From Myxococcota bacterium (GTDB lineage: Bacteria; Myxococcota_A; UBA796; JAFGLY01), in contig JAJRWT010000097.1 of assembly GCA_024276675.1 (NCBI GenBank), forward strand, positions 5,660-69,659: DNA of 64,000 nt, read 5' to 3'. Within the stretch, counting starts at the first letter, position 1; every line of letters starts with the position of its first letter. A program made the position numbers and the translations under genes. A model generated the notes under the pieces. It ran no database searches. It saw nothing but the letters and a program-made list of their open reading frames with translations, and was not told where the DNA came from. Shown here piece by piece: positions 1-9,161 of this stretch.

Positions 1-2
1 TG

Positions 3-593
3 GTGTTCATGGGCACCATGTTGCTCTGCTTGGTGCTTGGCATCTTTTTCGATGCCCCGCTGAAGGTCCTGGCCGATCCAGTACACCCCGAAAACCCGGC
101 CAAGGCCCCCTGGTACTTCCTGGGCCTGCAAGAGTTGGTGTCCTACTCGGCCTTCGTGGGTGGCTTGTTCATCCCGGCGGTCACCGTCGTGGGGCTGGGC
201 CTGGTGCCCTACCTGGACCGCGAGAAGGAACCCGCGGGAATCTACCTGGATGGCGCCCACAACAAGCGCATCGCCTTGCACAGCGCGCTCTTCGGCACAC
301 TCTGCGCCGTGCTGGCGGTGGCCATCCCCGTGAACTTCGGGTGGCTTCGGGACTGGTTCCCGGGCGTCCCGCAGCTCTTCATCATCCTGTTCAACCCGGG
401 GACGCTCCTCACCGCCGCGTACGTGGCCTGGTCCCTGCGCGTGGCGGGCAGGACCGGCTCCACCAGGTCCTCGGCCATAGCCCTCTTCACCTGCTTTCTC
501 ATGGGCTTCATCATCCTCACCTATGTGGGCACCGAACTCCGGGGCCCCAACTGGGACTTCTACTGGTCCCGTTCCGACTGGCCGGTTCACTGA
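3..593 (+). CDS. Cytochrome b C-terminal (PetD/subunit IV-like) part of a Rieske/cyt b quinol oxidoreductase; probably 5'-truncated by the window edge
   Basis: APLKVLADPVHPENPAKAPWYFLGLQEL resembles the PEWY Qo-site region of cyt b/subunit IV; several TM helices; RGPNW C-terminal motif. Confidence 0.8.
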   Translation: MFMGTMLLCLVLGIFFDAPLKVLADPVHPENPAKAPWYFLGLQELVSYSAFVGGLFIPAVTVVGLGLVPYLDREKEPAGIYLDGAHNKRIALHSALFGTLCAVLAVAIPVNFGWLRDWFPGVPQLFIILFNPGTLLTAAYVAWSLRVAGRTGSTRSSAIALFTCFLMGFIILTYVGTELRGPNWDFYWSRSDWPVH

Positions 594-605
594 AGGAGCA
601 GGACC

Positions 606-3440
606 ATGACCTTGCCAGAGAACCGCCGTGGCTCCAACGAGAACCTGGAAGAGGCCCTCGCTGCCCTGGTCGCCCGGGATCAGCTCCACAAGCTGGCGCT
701 CCTGGTGCTGAGCACCCTCGCCATCGTGGCCCTGGCCTGGGCCGCGCTTGCCGAGAACCTCCTGCCCGGTTGGCGCTCGTATCAGCAGCAGTACGGGGAA
801 ATCCTCCAGGACAAGGCCACCGACGACCTCGGCAGGCAGCTCGCCGACGACTTCCACGTGGAGGTGCGCCAGGTGGTGCTGCCCGAGTTGGCAACCATCG
901 ATCGCTGCGTGAGCTGTCACGTGGGTCTCGAGGACCCGCGCATGGCGGAGGCCCCACAGCCCTTCACGAGCCACCCCGGGGACTTCCTCGAACAGCACGA
1001 GGTGGACGAGTTCGGCTGTGTCGTGTGTCACGACGGTCAGGGGCGGGCCCTGCTCCAGGACGACGCCCACGGCCAGGGGGAGCACTGGCACCATCCCGTC
1101 GAAGCGAAAGAGACTGTGTACACCAACTGCTCCCGCTGTCACCAGGAGGCTGATCTCTTCGCCTCCGACTCCGACCTGTACGTGGTCTCCACCGAACCGC
1201 GCCCCATCTTCCAGGACGAGCTGGACGGTGCCGTACCGGGCTTCGAAGCTGCCGAGGCAAGAAAGCTCCTGCGCGGCAAGGACCTGGTGAAGAGCCTGGG
1301 ATGCCTGGGGTGCCACAGGTACCACGGTCGGGGCGGGCTGCTGGGGCCGGATCTCTCCTACACCGGCGACAAGCTCTCGCTGGACTTCGACTTCTCACAC
1401 GTGCAGGGGGAGCACACGGTGGCTCATTGGCTGCAGGAACACTTCCTGGACCCGCAGGCCGTTTCCCCGGGTACGCTCATGCCCGACATGGACCTGAGCG
1501 AGTCCCAGGCCCGGGCACTGACCCTCTACCTGCTCGCCCAGCACGAGAAGACCATGCCCGCCGCCCTCCGGCCCGCTCCGCCGGCCATCTCGGGAGTCGT
1601 GGTGGGCGGCGAGCGCATCTACTCCCTCTTCTGCGCTGCCTGTCACGGGAGCGACGGCCAGGGAAGCACGATGCGCCAGGCCCGGGGGGAAGCGCCGGAA
1701 GACACCCCCGTGGAGTTGATGGTCCCGTCGCTGAGCAGCTCCGACACCCTCTCCGTGGCCAGCGACACCTACCTCGCCCGCGTCATCCAGCAGGGACGAC
1801 CCGGCACGGCGATGGTGGGCTGGGCGGCGATGGAGGGGGAAGGGCTCCGGCAGGACGAGATCGCCCGGCTGGTGGACTACCTGCGTGGCTGGCAGCCTTC
1901 GGGCGCGGACCCGTTCCTGGTGGACTCGGGCCGCGGGGATCCGGAACTGGGGGGGCGGGTCTTCGCCGAGCACTGTGCTGCCTGCCACGGCGACGAAGGG
2001 CGCGGCGGGCTCGCGGTTTCCCTCCGGGCCACGAGCTTTCTATCCATCTCCACCGACAGGTTCCTGGCCCAGACCATAGTGGAAGGTCGCCCCGACACGG
2101 CCATGCCAGCCTGGCGCGATCTCGACCGCGGGCTCGTGCAGGACGTAATCGCCGCCATTCGCACCTGGCAACCCACCGGCGGCGGGGAAGCGCTGGTCCT
2201 GCGTCTGGCTTCCGGGCCCGACGGGCCCCGGGCATCCGCCGACTTCGGGCGTACCATCTACAAGGGTGACTGCGCCGTGTGCCACGGTTCCCGGGGCGAA
2301 GGCGACCTGGGACCCTCCCTCGTAACACCGGAGTTCCTGGCAGTCGTGGACGACAGATATCTCCTGGACGCCATAGTCAAGGGCAGACCCGACACGGCCA
2401 TGCCCGCCTGGCGCCACCTGGGCGCCCCCCAGCAGGCCTCGTTGATCAAGTATCTACGCGCTGAACAGCCCGCTCCGTCCCGTACTCTCCCAGGACCCGG
2501 CGGCGAGGGAGACATCGCCCGGGGCAGCCAACTCTACGCCGGCACCTGCTCCGGCTGTCATGGAGAACGGGCCGAGGGGGGCGTCGGGCCACAGCTCGGC
2601 AACCCGGTCTTCCTGGCCAGCGCCACCGACGCACTGATCCGCAACTGGGTCCTCCACGGGCGAGGGGGTCCGCCCATGCTGGGCTTCGACAAGAGCGCGG
2701 GCGGGATGGTGGAGCTTTCCACCCGGCAGGTGGACGACATCGTGGCCTATGTCCGCTCCCTCCAGGACCGGCCCATGGAAGTCCTGTGCAAGAACCCCTC
2801 CGGCTCGGCTACCCTTGGGACCACCTGGTACGAGGGGGCCTGCTCATCCTGCCACGGCGCAGACGGCAGGGGAGACACCGGCCCGGCCCTTGCCAACCAC
2901 GGCTTCCTGGAGGTGGTCTCCGACGGCTTCATCCAGGCCACCATGTCCCTGGGGCGGGACGGTACGGAGATGAGGCCGGTCAAGAAGGGCGCCCAGTCCA
3001 TCGTCGCGCTGACCACCGACCAGATGGACGACATCGTCGCGCTCCTGAGGAGCTGGGAGCGTTCGCCCCCGTCGCTGGCCCAGAGGTACGTCATCCCCTG
3101 GGACCTGTCCCTGGGCGAGGAGCTGTGGATCGGCAACTGCTCCGGCTGCCACGGTCTGCGAGGCAAAGCCGAAACTCATCCCGCCGGTCAGGAGGCGGCC
3201 TGGGCGCCCAACCTCAACAACCAGGGTTTCCTGGATGCGGCCACGGACGGCTTTCTGCAAGCGACCATCATCAAGGGCCGGAGCGGCACCGCGATGCGCT
3301 CCTTCAGCCAGAACTCACAGAGCCTCTCCAACCTGGACAGCCAGCAGATCGACGCCATCGTCGCCCACATCCGCTCCTGGTCCAACCAAGACGACGTACC
3401 CAGCACGGGGCTGGCCTACACAGCAGAGCCAGGCACCTGA
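606..3440 (+). CDS. Membrane-anchored decaheme cytochrome c
   Basis: N-terminal TM helix; 10 CxxCH (CVSCH, CVVCH, CSRCH, CLGCH, CAACH, CAACH, CAVCH, CSGCH, CSSCH, CSGCH); last six in class I domains each followed by a GRxxxxM distal-Met motif; AAGGAG RBS upstream. Confidence 0.9.
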   Translation: MTLPENRRGSNENLEEALAALVARDQLHKLALLVLSTLAIVALAWAALAENLLPGWRSYQQQYGEILQDKATDDLGRQLADDFHVEVRQVVLPELATIDRCVSCHVGLEDPRMAEAPQPFTSHPGDFLEQHEVDEFGCVVCHDGQGRALLQDDAHGQGEHWHHPVEAKETVYTNCSRCHQEADLFASDSDLYVVSTEPRPIFQDELDGAVPGFEAAEARKLLRGKDLVKSLGCLGCHRYHGRGGLLGPDLSYTGDKLSLDFDFSHVQGEHTVAHWLQEHFLDPQAVSPGTLMPDMDLSESQARALTLYLLAQHEKTMPAALRPAPPAISGVVVGGERIYSLFCAACHGSDGQGSTMRQARGEAPEDTPVELMVPSLSSSDTLSVASDTYLARVIQQGRPGTAMVGWAAMEGEGLRQDEIARLVDYLRGWQPSGADPFLVDSGRGDPELGGRVFAEHCAACHGDEGRGGLAVSLRATSFLSISTDRFLAQTIVEGRPDTAMPAWRDLDRGLVQDVIAAIRTWQPTGGGEALVLRLASGPDGPRASADFGRTIYKGDCAVCHGSRGEGDLGPSLVTPEFLAVVDDRYLLDAIVKGRPDTAMPAWRHLGAPQQASLIKYLRAEQPAPSRTLPGPGGEGDIARGSQLYAGTCSGCHGERAEGGVGPQLGNPVFLASATDALIRNWVLHGRGGPPMLGFDKSAGGMVELSTRQVDDIVAYVRSLQDRPMEVLCKNPSGSATLGTTWYEGACSSCHGADGRGDTGPALANHGFLEVVSDGFIQATMSLGRDGTEMRPVKKGAQSIVALTTDQMDDIVALLRSWERSPPSLAQRYVIPWDLSLGEELWIGNCSGCHGLRGKAETHPAGQEAAWAPNLNNQGFLDAATDGFLQATIIKGRSGTAMRSFSQNSQSLSNLDSQQIDAIVAHIRSWSNQDDVPSTGLAYTAEPGT

Positions 3441-3480
3441 CGAACCCCGACCAGAACCCGAAAGAGGGAGTCCGAATCCA

Positions 3481-6216
3481 ATGAAGCGGCAAAGAGGCCC
3501 GATATCATTCCATCGCCGAAAGTTCATGCAGATGGCCGCGGGCACGGGAGTGTCCTGCGTCTTCGCCAACTTTCTCACCAGCGACTTCGTCCGGGCGGCC
3601 AAGGCCTCGACGGATCACCTGGCCTCCGGCGTCAAGCTCCTCCAGTCCGCGTGCCCCTACTGCGGCGTCGGGTGCGGCACCTTGATCAAGGTCCAGGACG
3701 GCAGGGTGGCGGGGATGGTGCCCGACAAGAAGCACCCCACCAACCGCGGAATCCAGTGTATAAAGGGCCTCAACGCCCACGAGCCCATCTACCGGGATCG
3801 TCTTTCGCAGGTGCTGGTGCGCAAGGACCTGAGCGATCCGCTGAGGGGTCACGTATCCGCCACAAAGGGGCGCTTCGACGACGATGTCTTCGAGGCCGTT
3901 CCCCTCCACGAGGCCGAGGAGCTGGTGACGGAGAAGATCGCCGGGATCATCGCCGCCAGGGGGCCCAACACGGTGGGTCTCAATGGCTCGGGTCAGCTCA
4001 CCATGGAGGCCCAGTGGATCGAAAACATCCTCATGAAGGGGGTGATCGGCTCCAACTCCATCGAGGCAAACGCCCGGATGTGCATGACCTCGGCCGTCAC
4101 CGGCTACTTCCACTCCTACGGCTCGGACGCGCCCCCCACCTGCTACGACGACATCGAGCAGGCCGACTTCATCACCTTCTGGGGCCACAACGCCCGAGAG
4201 GCCCATCCCGTGCTGTTCTGGCGCGTGGCGGACCACAAGAAGCGCGCGGGCATCCCCACGCTGGTCTCCGACCCGCGGCGCACCGGGACCGTGGTGGGCC
4301 TGGAGTCCATCGATCCCCGCAACAGCCTGCACCTGCAGACGCTCAACGGTGACATCAGCTATCACAACGCCATCGCCCACGTGCTCCTCACCCGCTACCC
4401 CGAGGCCTGCATGCCTGAAAGCTGGCTGGAGCAGCACACCACGGGCTGGAAGGACTACGTTGCCGGGGTAAAGGCCCGCTACTCGCCCGCCCAGGTGGTG
4501 GAGCGCCTGAAGATGCTGGACCGCGGCAGGGTGACGGTACGGCAGATCGAGCACATCGCAAAAACCTGGGCCGAGGCCTCCATCAAAGGCCGAAAGCGTG
4601 GTCGAGGCGGTGTGCTCACCTTCTGGGGCATCGGCTACAACCAGATGCTCCACGGGCAACACAACACCATCGGCCTGGTGAACCTGCACCTGCTCACCGG
4701 CAACGTGGGGCGTCCCGGCTGCGGGAGCCACTCCCAGACGGGCCAGCCCAACGCCATGAGCGAGCGCCTCATGGGTGGGCTCACCGGCCGGCTCCCCTTC
4801 AACAAGCCGCTCTCGGATCCTGACTGGCGTGAGCACATGGAAAAGGCCTGGGGGCTGCCGGCCAAGCGGCTGGAGGCCGTGAGCGCGCTGCCAAATCCCG
4901 GGATGGTGGTGGGCATGATGGAGCGAGCCCTCAAGGACGAACTCCTGGCCATGTTCTGGATCTACACCACCCACATCCACATGCCCGACGTGGAGACCCT
5001 GGTGCGGCCCGCCTTGAGCAAGATGTTCGTGGTGGTGCAGGACATCTACCGGCACGCTCCCAACAACCTCTACGCCGACGTAATCTTCCCCGCGGCCACC
5101 TGGGGCGAGTGGGTGGGGGGCACCTACATCCAATCGGAGCGCCGCCTGTACGTGTGTGACGGCACGGCCAACCCCCCTCCCAACTGCCTGCCCGACATGG
5201 ACCTGGCCATCGACAAGGCCAAGGCCCTGGCCAGGAAGCTGGGCCTGGACGCGGACCGCATCCTCCCCTTCGAGAAGAAGATCAAGCTCGGGAACGGGCT
5301 GATGGCATACGATCCCGAGGATGTCTTCCGCGAGATACTCCGAGCCAGCGCCGGTTCCGACGCGGACCTCACCGGGATGCTCCAGGTGGAAGAGCAGGAC
5401 GGAGTCAGCCCCTACACCCAGATGCGCCAGCTTCGCGGCATCCAGTGGCCAGCGCCAACGGCCGATATCGCCCGGGCGGGCGGCACCAGGCGTCGCTACC
5501 TGGGTCAGGAAGGTTGGACCGACAAGCCGTATGGAGCCTTTCCCAAGAAGGGCGGCAAGGCGAAGTTCAAGCTCTGCGAACAGGACTACTCTCAGATCCA
5601 CGAGATCTGCGACGATCTCATGGAGTTCGGCTCCAGCGCCCAGCCTGGGGCCGGCCCCTACCTCATCGACGAACTTGCGGACGCCAAGAGCACGGGGAGG
5701 GACAACTTGTTGGTGCGGGCCCGCAACGCCGCGCTTCCACCCGAACTACCCGACCTGGCCGTCTACGAGAACCGCGCCAAGGGGCTGAGCGACCACGTCG
5801 CGCTAGACAGCTTCCCTTTCTGGCTCTCCCTGGGCATCGTCTACGAGCACTTCCACGCCTCCAAGACCATCCGCGGCCCCACCACCTTGAAGCTGGTCCC
5901 CGAGCAGTACGTGGAGATCAACGATCAGGACGCCGCTCGTTTCGGGCTGCGCGATGGCGAGTGGGTTCGCGTGGTGACCAGGCGGGGCAGCTACGAAGCA
6001 CGGGTCTCCATCGGCACGGGCAGCCTCATTCGTCCGGCTCGCTCGGTGGTTCCCCCCGGGCTCATTTTCAGCCCCTGGAACCTCTCGGTAGCGGACAGCG
6101 CCGATCCCCAAGAGAACAGGTGGCTTGCCAACGCCACCAGCCACCGGGGCTGGGACCCCGTCAGCGGCCAGGTGGACTACAAGAAGCTGGCGGCACGCAT
6201 AGAAAAGATCTCTTGA
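3481..6216 (+). CDS. napA: Tat-exported molybdopterin oxidoreductase, nitrate reductase (NapA/NasA) family catalytic subunit
   Basis: ATG at 3481 after GAGGGAG; twin-Arg HRRKFMQ; [4Fe-4S] CPYCGVGC...CIKG; Mo ligand ARMCMTSAV; GQPNAM; C-terminal dinucleotide-binding domain ending DPVSGQVDYK; napGH-like neighbours. Confidence 0.8.
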   Translation: MKRQRGPISFHRRKFMQMAAGTGVSCVFANFLTSDFVRAAKASTDHLASGVKLLQSACPYCGVGCGTLIKVQDGRVAGMVPDKKHPTNRGIQCIKGLNAHEPIYRDRLSQVLVRKDLSDPLRGHVSATKGRFDDDVFEAVPLHEAEELVTEKIAGIIAARGPNTVGLNGSGQLTMEAQWIENILMKGVIGSNSIEANARMCMTSAVTGYFHSYGSDAPPTCYDDIEQADFITFWGHNAREAHPVLFWRVADHKKRAGIPTLVSDPRRTGTVVGLESIDPRNSLHLQTLNGDISYHNAIAHVLLTRYPEACMPESWLEQHTTGWKDYVAGVKARYSPAQVVERLKMLDRGRVTVRQIEHIAKTWAEASIKGRKRGRGGVLTFWGIGYNQMLHGQHNTIGLVNLHLLTGNVGRPGCGSHSQTGQPNAMSERLMGGLTGRLPFNKPLSDPDWREHMEKAWGLPAKRLEAVSALPNPGMVVGMMERALKDELLAMFWIYTTHIHMPDVETLVRPALSKMFVVVQDIYRHAPNNLYADVIFPAATWGEWVGGTYIQSERRLYVCDGTANPPPNCLPDMDLAIDKAKALARKLGLDADRILPFEKKIKLGNGLMAYDPEDVFREILRASAGSDADLTGMLQVEEQDGVSPYTQMRQLRGIQWPAPTADIARAGGTRRRYLGQEGWTDKPYGAFPKKGGKAKFKLCEQDYSQIHEICDDLMEFGSSAQPGAGPYLIDELADAKSTGRDNLLVRARNAALPPELPDLAVYENRAKGLSDHVALDSFPFWLSLGIVYEHFHASKTIRGPTTLKLVPEQYVEINDQDAARFGLRDGEWVRVVTRRGSYEARVSIGTGSLIRPARSVVPPGLIFSPWNLSVADSADPQENRWLANATSHRGWDPVSGQVDYKKLAARIEKIS

Positions 6217-6229
6217 GTCTCCCGTGGTG

Positions 6230-6835
6230 ATGAACCGTAGAGATCTCTTGAAGAACGTGTTGGCCCTGAGCGCGGTCTCGCTGCCCCTGGCGTTGCTGGG
6301 CACCAGCCATGCCGCGGGGGACAACCTGCTGCGTCCCCCGGGAGCCCTGGACGAGCGGAGCTTTCTGTCCCGTTGTATCCGCTGCGCTCGCTGTGTGGAT
6401 GCCTGTCCCAACAAGGCCATCGTGCCGCTGGACGCCAGCTTCGGACATGCCAGGATCTCCACGCCGGCCATCCAGGCCCGCCGGCAGGCCTGCATGCTCT
6501 GCAACCGGGTGGAGGGGGACTACCTGCTGTGTACCACCGCTTGTCCCACCGGTGCCCTTCAGCCGGTGCGCAAGGACCCCGCCGAGATAATGGCCAGAGT
6601 ATCCATGGGAACGGCTGTGATAGACCAGCAGCTATGCTACTCCTACAACAACTGGAGCTGCGGGGCCTGCTACCGGGCCTGCCCCCTGTCGGGGCTGGCC
6701 ATGACGCTCGGTCTGTGGGAGCGCCCCACCGTGGACCCCGCCCACTGCATCGGCTGCGGCCTCTGCGAGCGCTCCTGCATCCGCTATCCCCACGCCATCA
6801 GGGTCCAGAGCCATCGCGGCAGGGCGGCTTCATGA
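6230..6835 (+). CDS. napG: NapG/MauM-family periplasmic ferredoxin (copy 1)
   Basis: Tat signal MNRRDLLK; LRPPGA..E..F...CIRCARCVDACP; four Cys clusters. Confidence 0.8.
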   Translation: MNRRDLLKNVLALSAVSLPLALLGTSHAAGDNLLRPPGALDERSFLSRCIRCARCVDACPNKAIVPLDASFGHARISTPAIQARRQACMLCNRVEGDYLLCTTACPTGALQPVRKDPAEIMARVSMGTAVIDQQLCYSYNNWSCGACYRACPLSGLAMTLGLWERPTVDPAHCIGCGLCERSCIRYPHAIRVQSHRGRAAS

Positions 6836-7590
6836 GCCTCACGCGTCGTCGGATTCTGCGAGATGCCGTCGGTGCAGGCGCGTCGCTCTTCGCCTTCCTC
6901 GGCGTCTCCGGCCTGCTGCGCCTCGTGCTGGGGGCTGGCGCTTCCAGCTACCCGGTGGACGGTGGAACATCCGGCTCGCTGGATGGGTGCGGAACCACGG
7001 CTGGAGACGCGCTCCTCCCAAGGCTGATCCGCCCCCCCGGAGCCCTGGAAGAGCCAGCCTTCCTGGCCGGGTGCATCCGCTGCTACCGCTGCCAGGACGC
7101 CTGTGACATCGGTGCTGTGCGCTTCCTGGGCGAGGGCGCCGGCGAGAGCTTCCTCTCCCCCTATATCGATCCGGCGGCGAAGGCCTGCAACTTGTGCATG
7201 AAGTGCACCCGGTCCTGTCCCACCGGGGTACTGGTGCCCATGGAGCCCGAGGAGCGCCGGGAGGTCTCCATGGCAACGGTTACCCTGGAGGCCGCGCTCT
7301 GCCTCTCCCACAAGGCAGCGTCCATTCGGGACCGACAGGCCCTCCTGGTGGAGGCGGGCAGGGAGGCCACCGAGGTGGAGGCCACACTGGAGCGGCGGGG
7401 GCCCTGCGGCGAGTGCTACATGTTCTGTCCCGAACGTGGTCGGGCCATCGATATCCAACCGGGGGGATTCCTTGCACCTCGGGTGTTCCCCGACAAGTGC
7501 GTCGGCTGCGGCCTGTGCGAGGAGATCTGCCGGGTGATCCTTCGGGGCAGGCCCGCCATCCAGGTCGTACCCACGCGGAGCTGGACATGA
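6832..7590 (+). CDS. NapG/MauM-family ferredoxin (copy 2)
   Basis: ATGA overlap; MSLTRRRIL plus hydrophobic helix; IRPPGA..E..F...CIRCYRCQDAC, CNLCMKCTRSCP, CGECYMFCP, CVGCGLCEEIC. Confidence 0.8.
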   Translation: MSLTRRRILRDAVGAGASLFAFLGVSGLLRLVLGAGASSYPVDGGTSGSLDGCGTTAGDALLPRLIRPPGALEEPAFLAGCIRCYRCQDACDIGAVRFLGEGAGESFLSPYIDPAAKACNLCMKCTRSCPTGVLVPMEPEERREVSMATVTLEAALCLSHKAASIRDRQALLVEAGREATEVEATLERRGPCGECYMFCPERGRAIDIQPGGFLAPRVFPDKCVGCGLCEEICRVILRGRPAIQVVPTRSWT

Positions 7591-9161
7591 AACCAGCCCG
7601 CCGAGCTGCTCCAGTACGGAGCCAGGGCGTCGTCCAGCTCCTGCGCCGTGCGGCCCAGGCCAGCGTCGCGTGTATCATGGTGTCCGTCGTGTTCCTGGGC
7701 CTCTATGCCCACTACCGGGCGGCCGACGCCATTGACGACCTGGATGCGGAGGCCGGTTGGAGGGCACCTGTACTGGCCGCTATACACGAGATCGTAGACC
7801 CCATGGACGACCCCTGGAGCTTTCTCCAGGGATTCGGAGGCAACGTCTGGTCCATGAGGCTCTTCGGCTACGACATCACGGACCCCCTGGCGGCGCTGGA
7901 CGCCAGCGCGGCGTCGCTCTCGATACACGCGCCGCTGCTCATGTCCATCCTGCTGCCCGTGCTGCTCACGCTCCTGCTGGGCAAGGTGTATTGTAGCTGG
8001 CTTTGCCCTGCCAACGTCATCTTCGAACTCGCCTCCGGGCTTCGCCGGCTCTTGCGTTTCCTGGAGCTGAGGCCCGCCAACCTGCGCTTCTCTCGACGGA
8101 ACAAGTACCTGCTGCTCCTGGCGGGGCTCGTCATGGGCGCTCTGGGCAGCCTGCCCCTCTTCGCCTTGTTCTACCCACCCGCGGTCTTGAGCCGCACCGT
8201 CCACGCGCTCATATTCGGAACGGCAGCCACGGGCACCCTCGTCTTTTTCTCGGTCCTGCTGGCCTTCGAGCTGCTGGTATCTCCTCGCTGGTGGTGCCGC
8301 TACATGTGCCCGGGCGGCGCCCTCTACGGTCTCATGGGCTGGCCGCGGCTGCTCCGCGTCCGGCACGCCCCGGACCTGTGCACCAACTGCGGGGCCTGCC
8401 ACGCCCACTGCAAGGCCGGGCTCGACCCGCCGCGGCAGAGCTTCGGTATCGAGTGCGACAACTGCGGCCAGTGCGTCAGGCACTGCGGAAGCAGGGCCAT
8501 GAGCTGGGGGCTGGGCCTTCCTGCCTGGCTTTCCCGGACAACCATCGTGCTGCTGCTCCTGGCACCGCTCGCTCCCCGGGCCGGGGCCCACCACATCCTG
8601 GGCCTTCCCCACTACTCCTACAAGGAGAACTACCCCCAGGTGCCCGTGCTGGAGTACCCCGCCGAGAGCGGTCCCTACGACATCCTGCTCACCGCCTACC
8701 CCGGAGTCCCCAACCCCGGCGAGGCGGCCAACCTGAGCGTCTACGTGAAGGACAAGCTCACGGGCCAGGTCTACGACGATCCCGTCCAGGTGCGGGTCCT
8801 GCGAACCTTCACCTTTGGCAGCAACCAGGTGATCCTGGAGCCGGTGAGCCTCCTCCCCCTGGATCGTGTCTACACCGTGGCGGTGATGTTTCCCGCCGAC
8901 GGCGAGTATATCGTGGAGGTCTCCCTGGAGGTGGAGGGAAAGCTGGAGGTCATACCCTTCCTGGTGGTGGCGGGGGATCCCTCCTCGGCCACGGCTCCCC
9001 TGCTGATCTTGATGGGAGCGATGGGGATCTTCATAGTCGTGGTGAGGGCCGTGGGGATCAAGCGGGGACGTGGGAAGAATCCGAAAGAAGGAGACCTCCG
9101 AAGCGGGCTCCCCAAAGGTGACACAAGCCGGGACATCCCCTCGCCACGCGAGGCGAAATGA
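7587..9161 (+). CDS. napH: NapH/MauN-family quinol dehydrogenase membrane subunit with fused C-terminal extracytoplasmic domain
   Basis: ATGA overlap; TDPLA, GKVYCSWLCP, WWCRYMCPGGALY, CTNCGACHAHC, CDNCGQCVRHC; ~190 extra residues ending in a TM helix and tail. Confidence 0.8.
   Translation: MKPARRAAPVRSQGVVQLLRRAAQASVACIMVSVVFLGLYAHYRAADAIDDLDAEAGWRAPVLAAIHEIVDPMDDPWSFLQGFGGNVWSMRLFGYDITDPLAALDASAASLSIHAPLLMSILLPVLLTLLLGKVYCSWLCPANVIFELASGLRRLLRFLELRPANLRFSRRNKYLLLLAGLVMGALGSLPLFALFYPPAVLSRTVHALIFGTAATGTLVFFSVLLAFELLVSPRWWCRYMCPGGALYGLMGWPRLLRVRHAPDLCTNCGACHAHCKAGLDPPRQSFGIECDNCGQCVRHCGSRAMSWGLGLPAWLSRTTIVLLLLAPLAPRAGAHHILGLPHYSYKENYPQVPVLEYPAESGPYDILLTAYPGVPNPGEAANLSVYVKDKLTGQVYDDPVQVRVLRTFTFGSNQVILEPVSLLPLDRVYTVAVMFPADGEYIVEVSLEVEGKLEVIPFLVVAGDPSSATAPLLILMGAMGIFIVVVRAVGIKRGRGKNPKEGDLRSGLPKGDTSRDIPSPREAK

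Noticed and set aside
3235-3480. N-terminal extension of the 993-aa ORF
   Set aside because: Overlaps the cytochrome gene; the RBS and Tat leader support a start at 3481.
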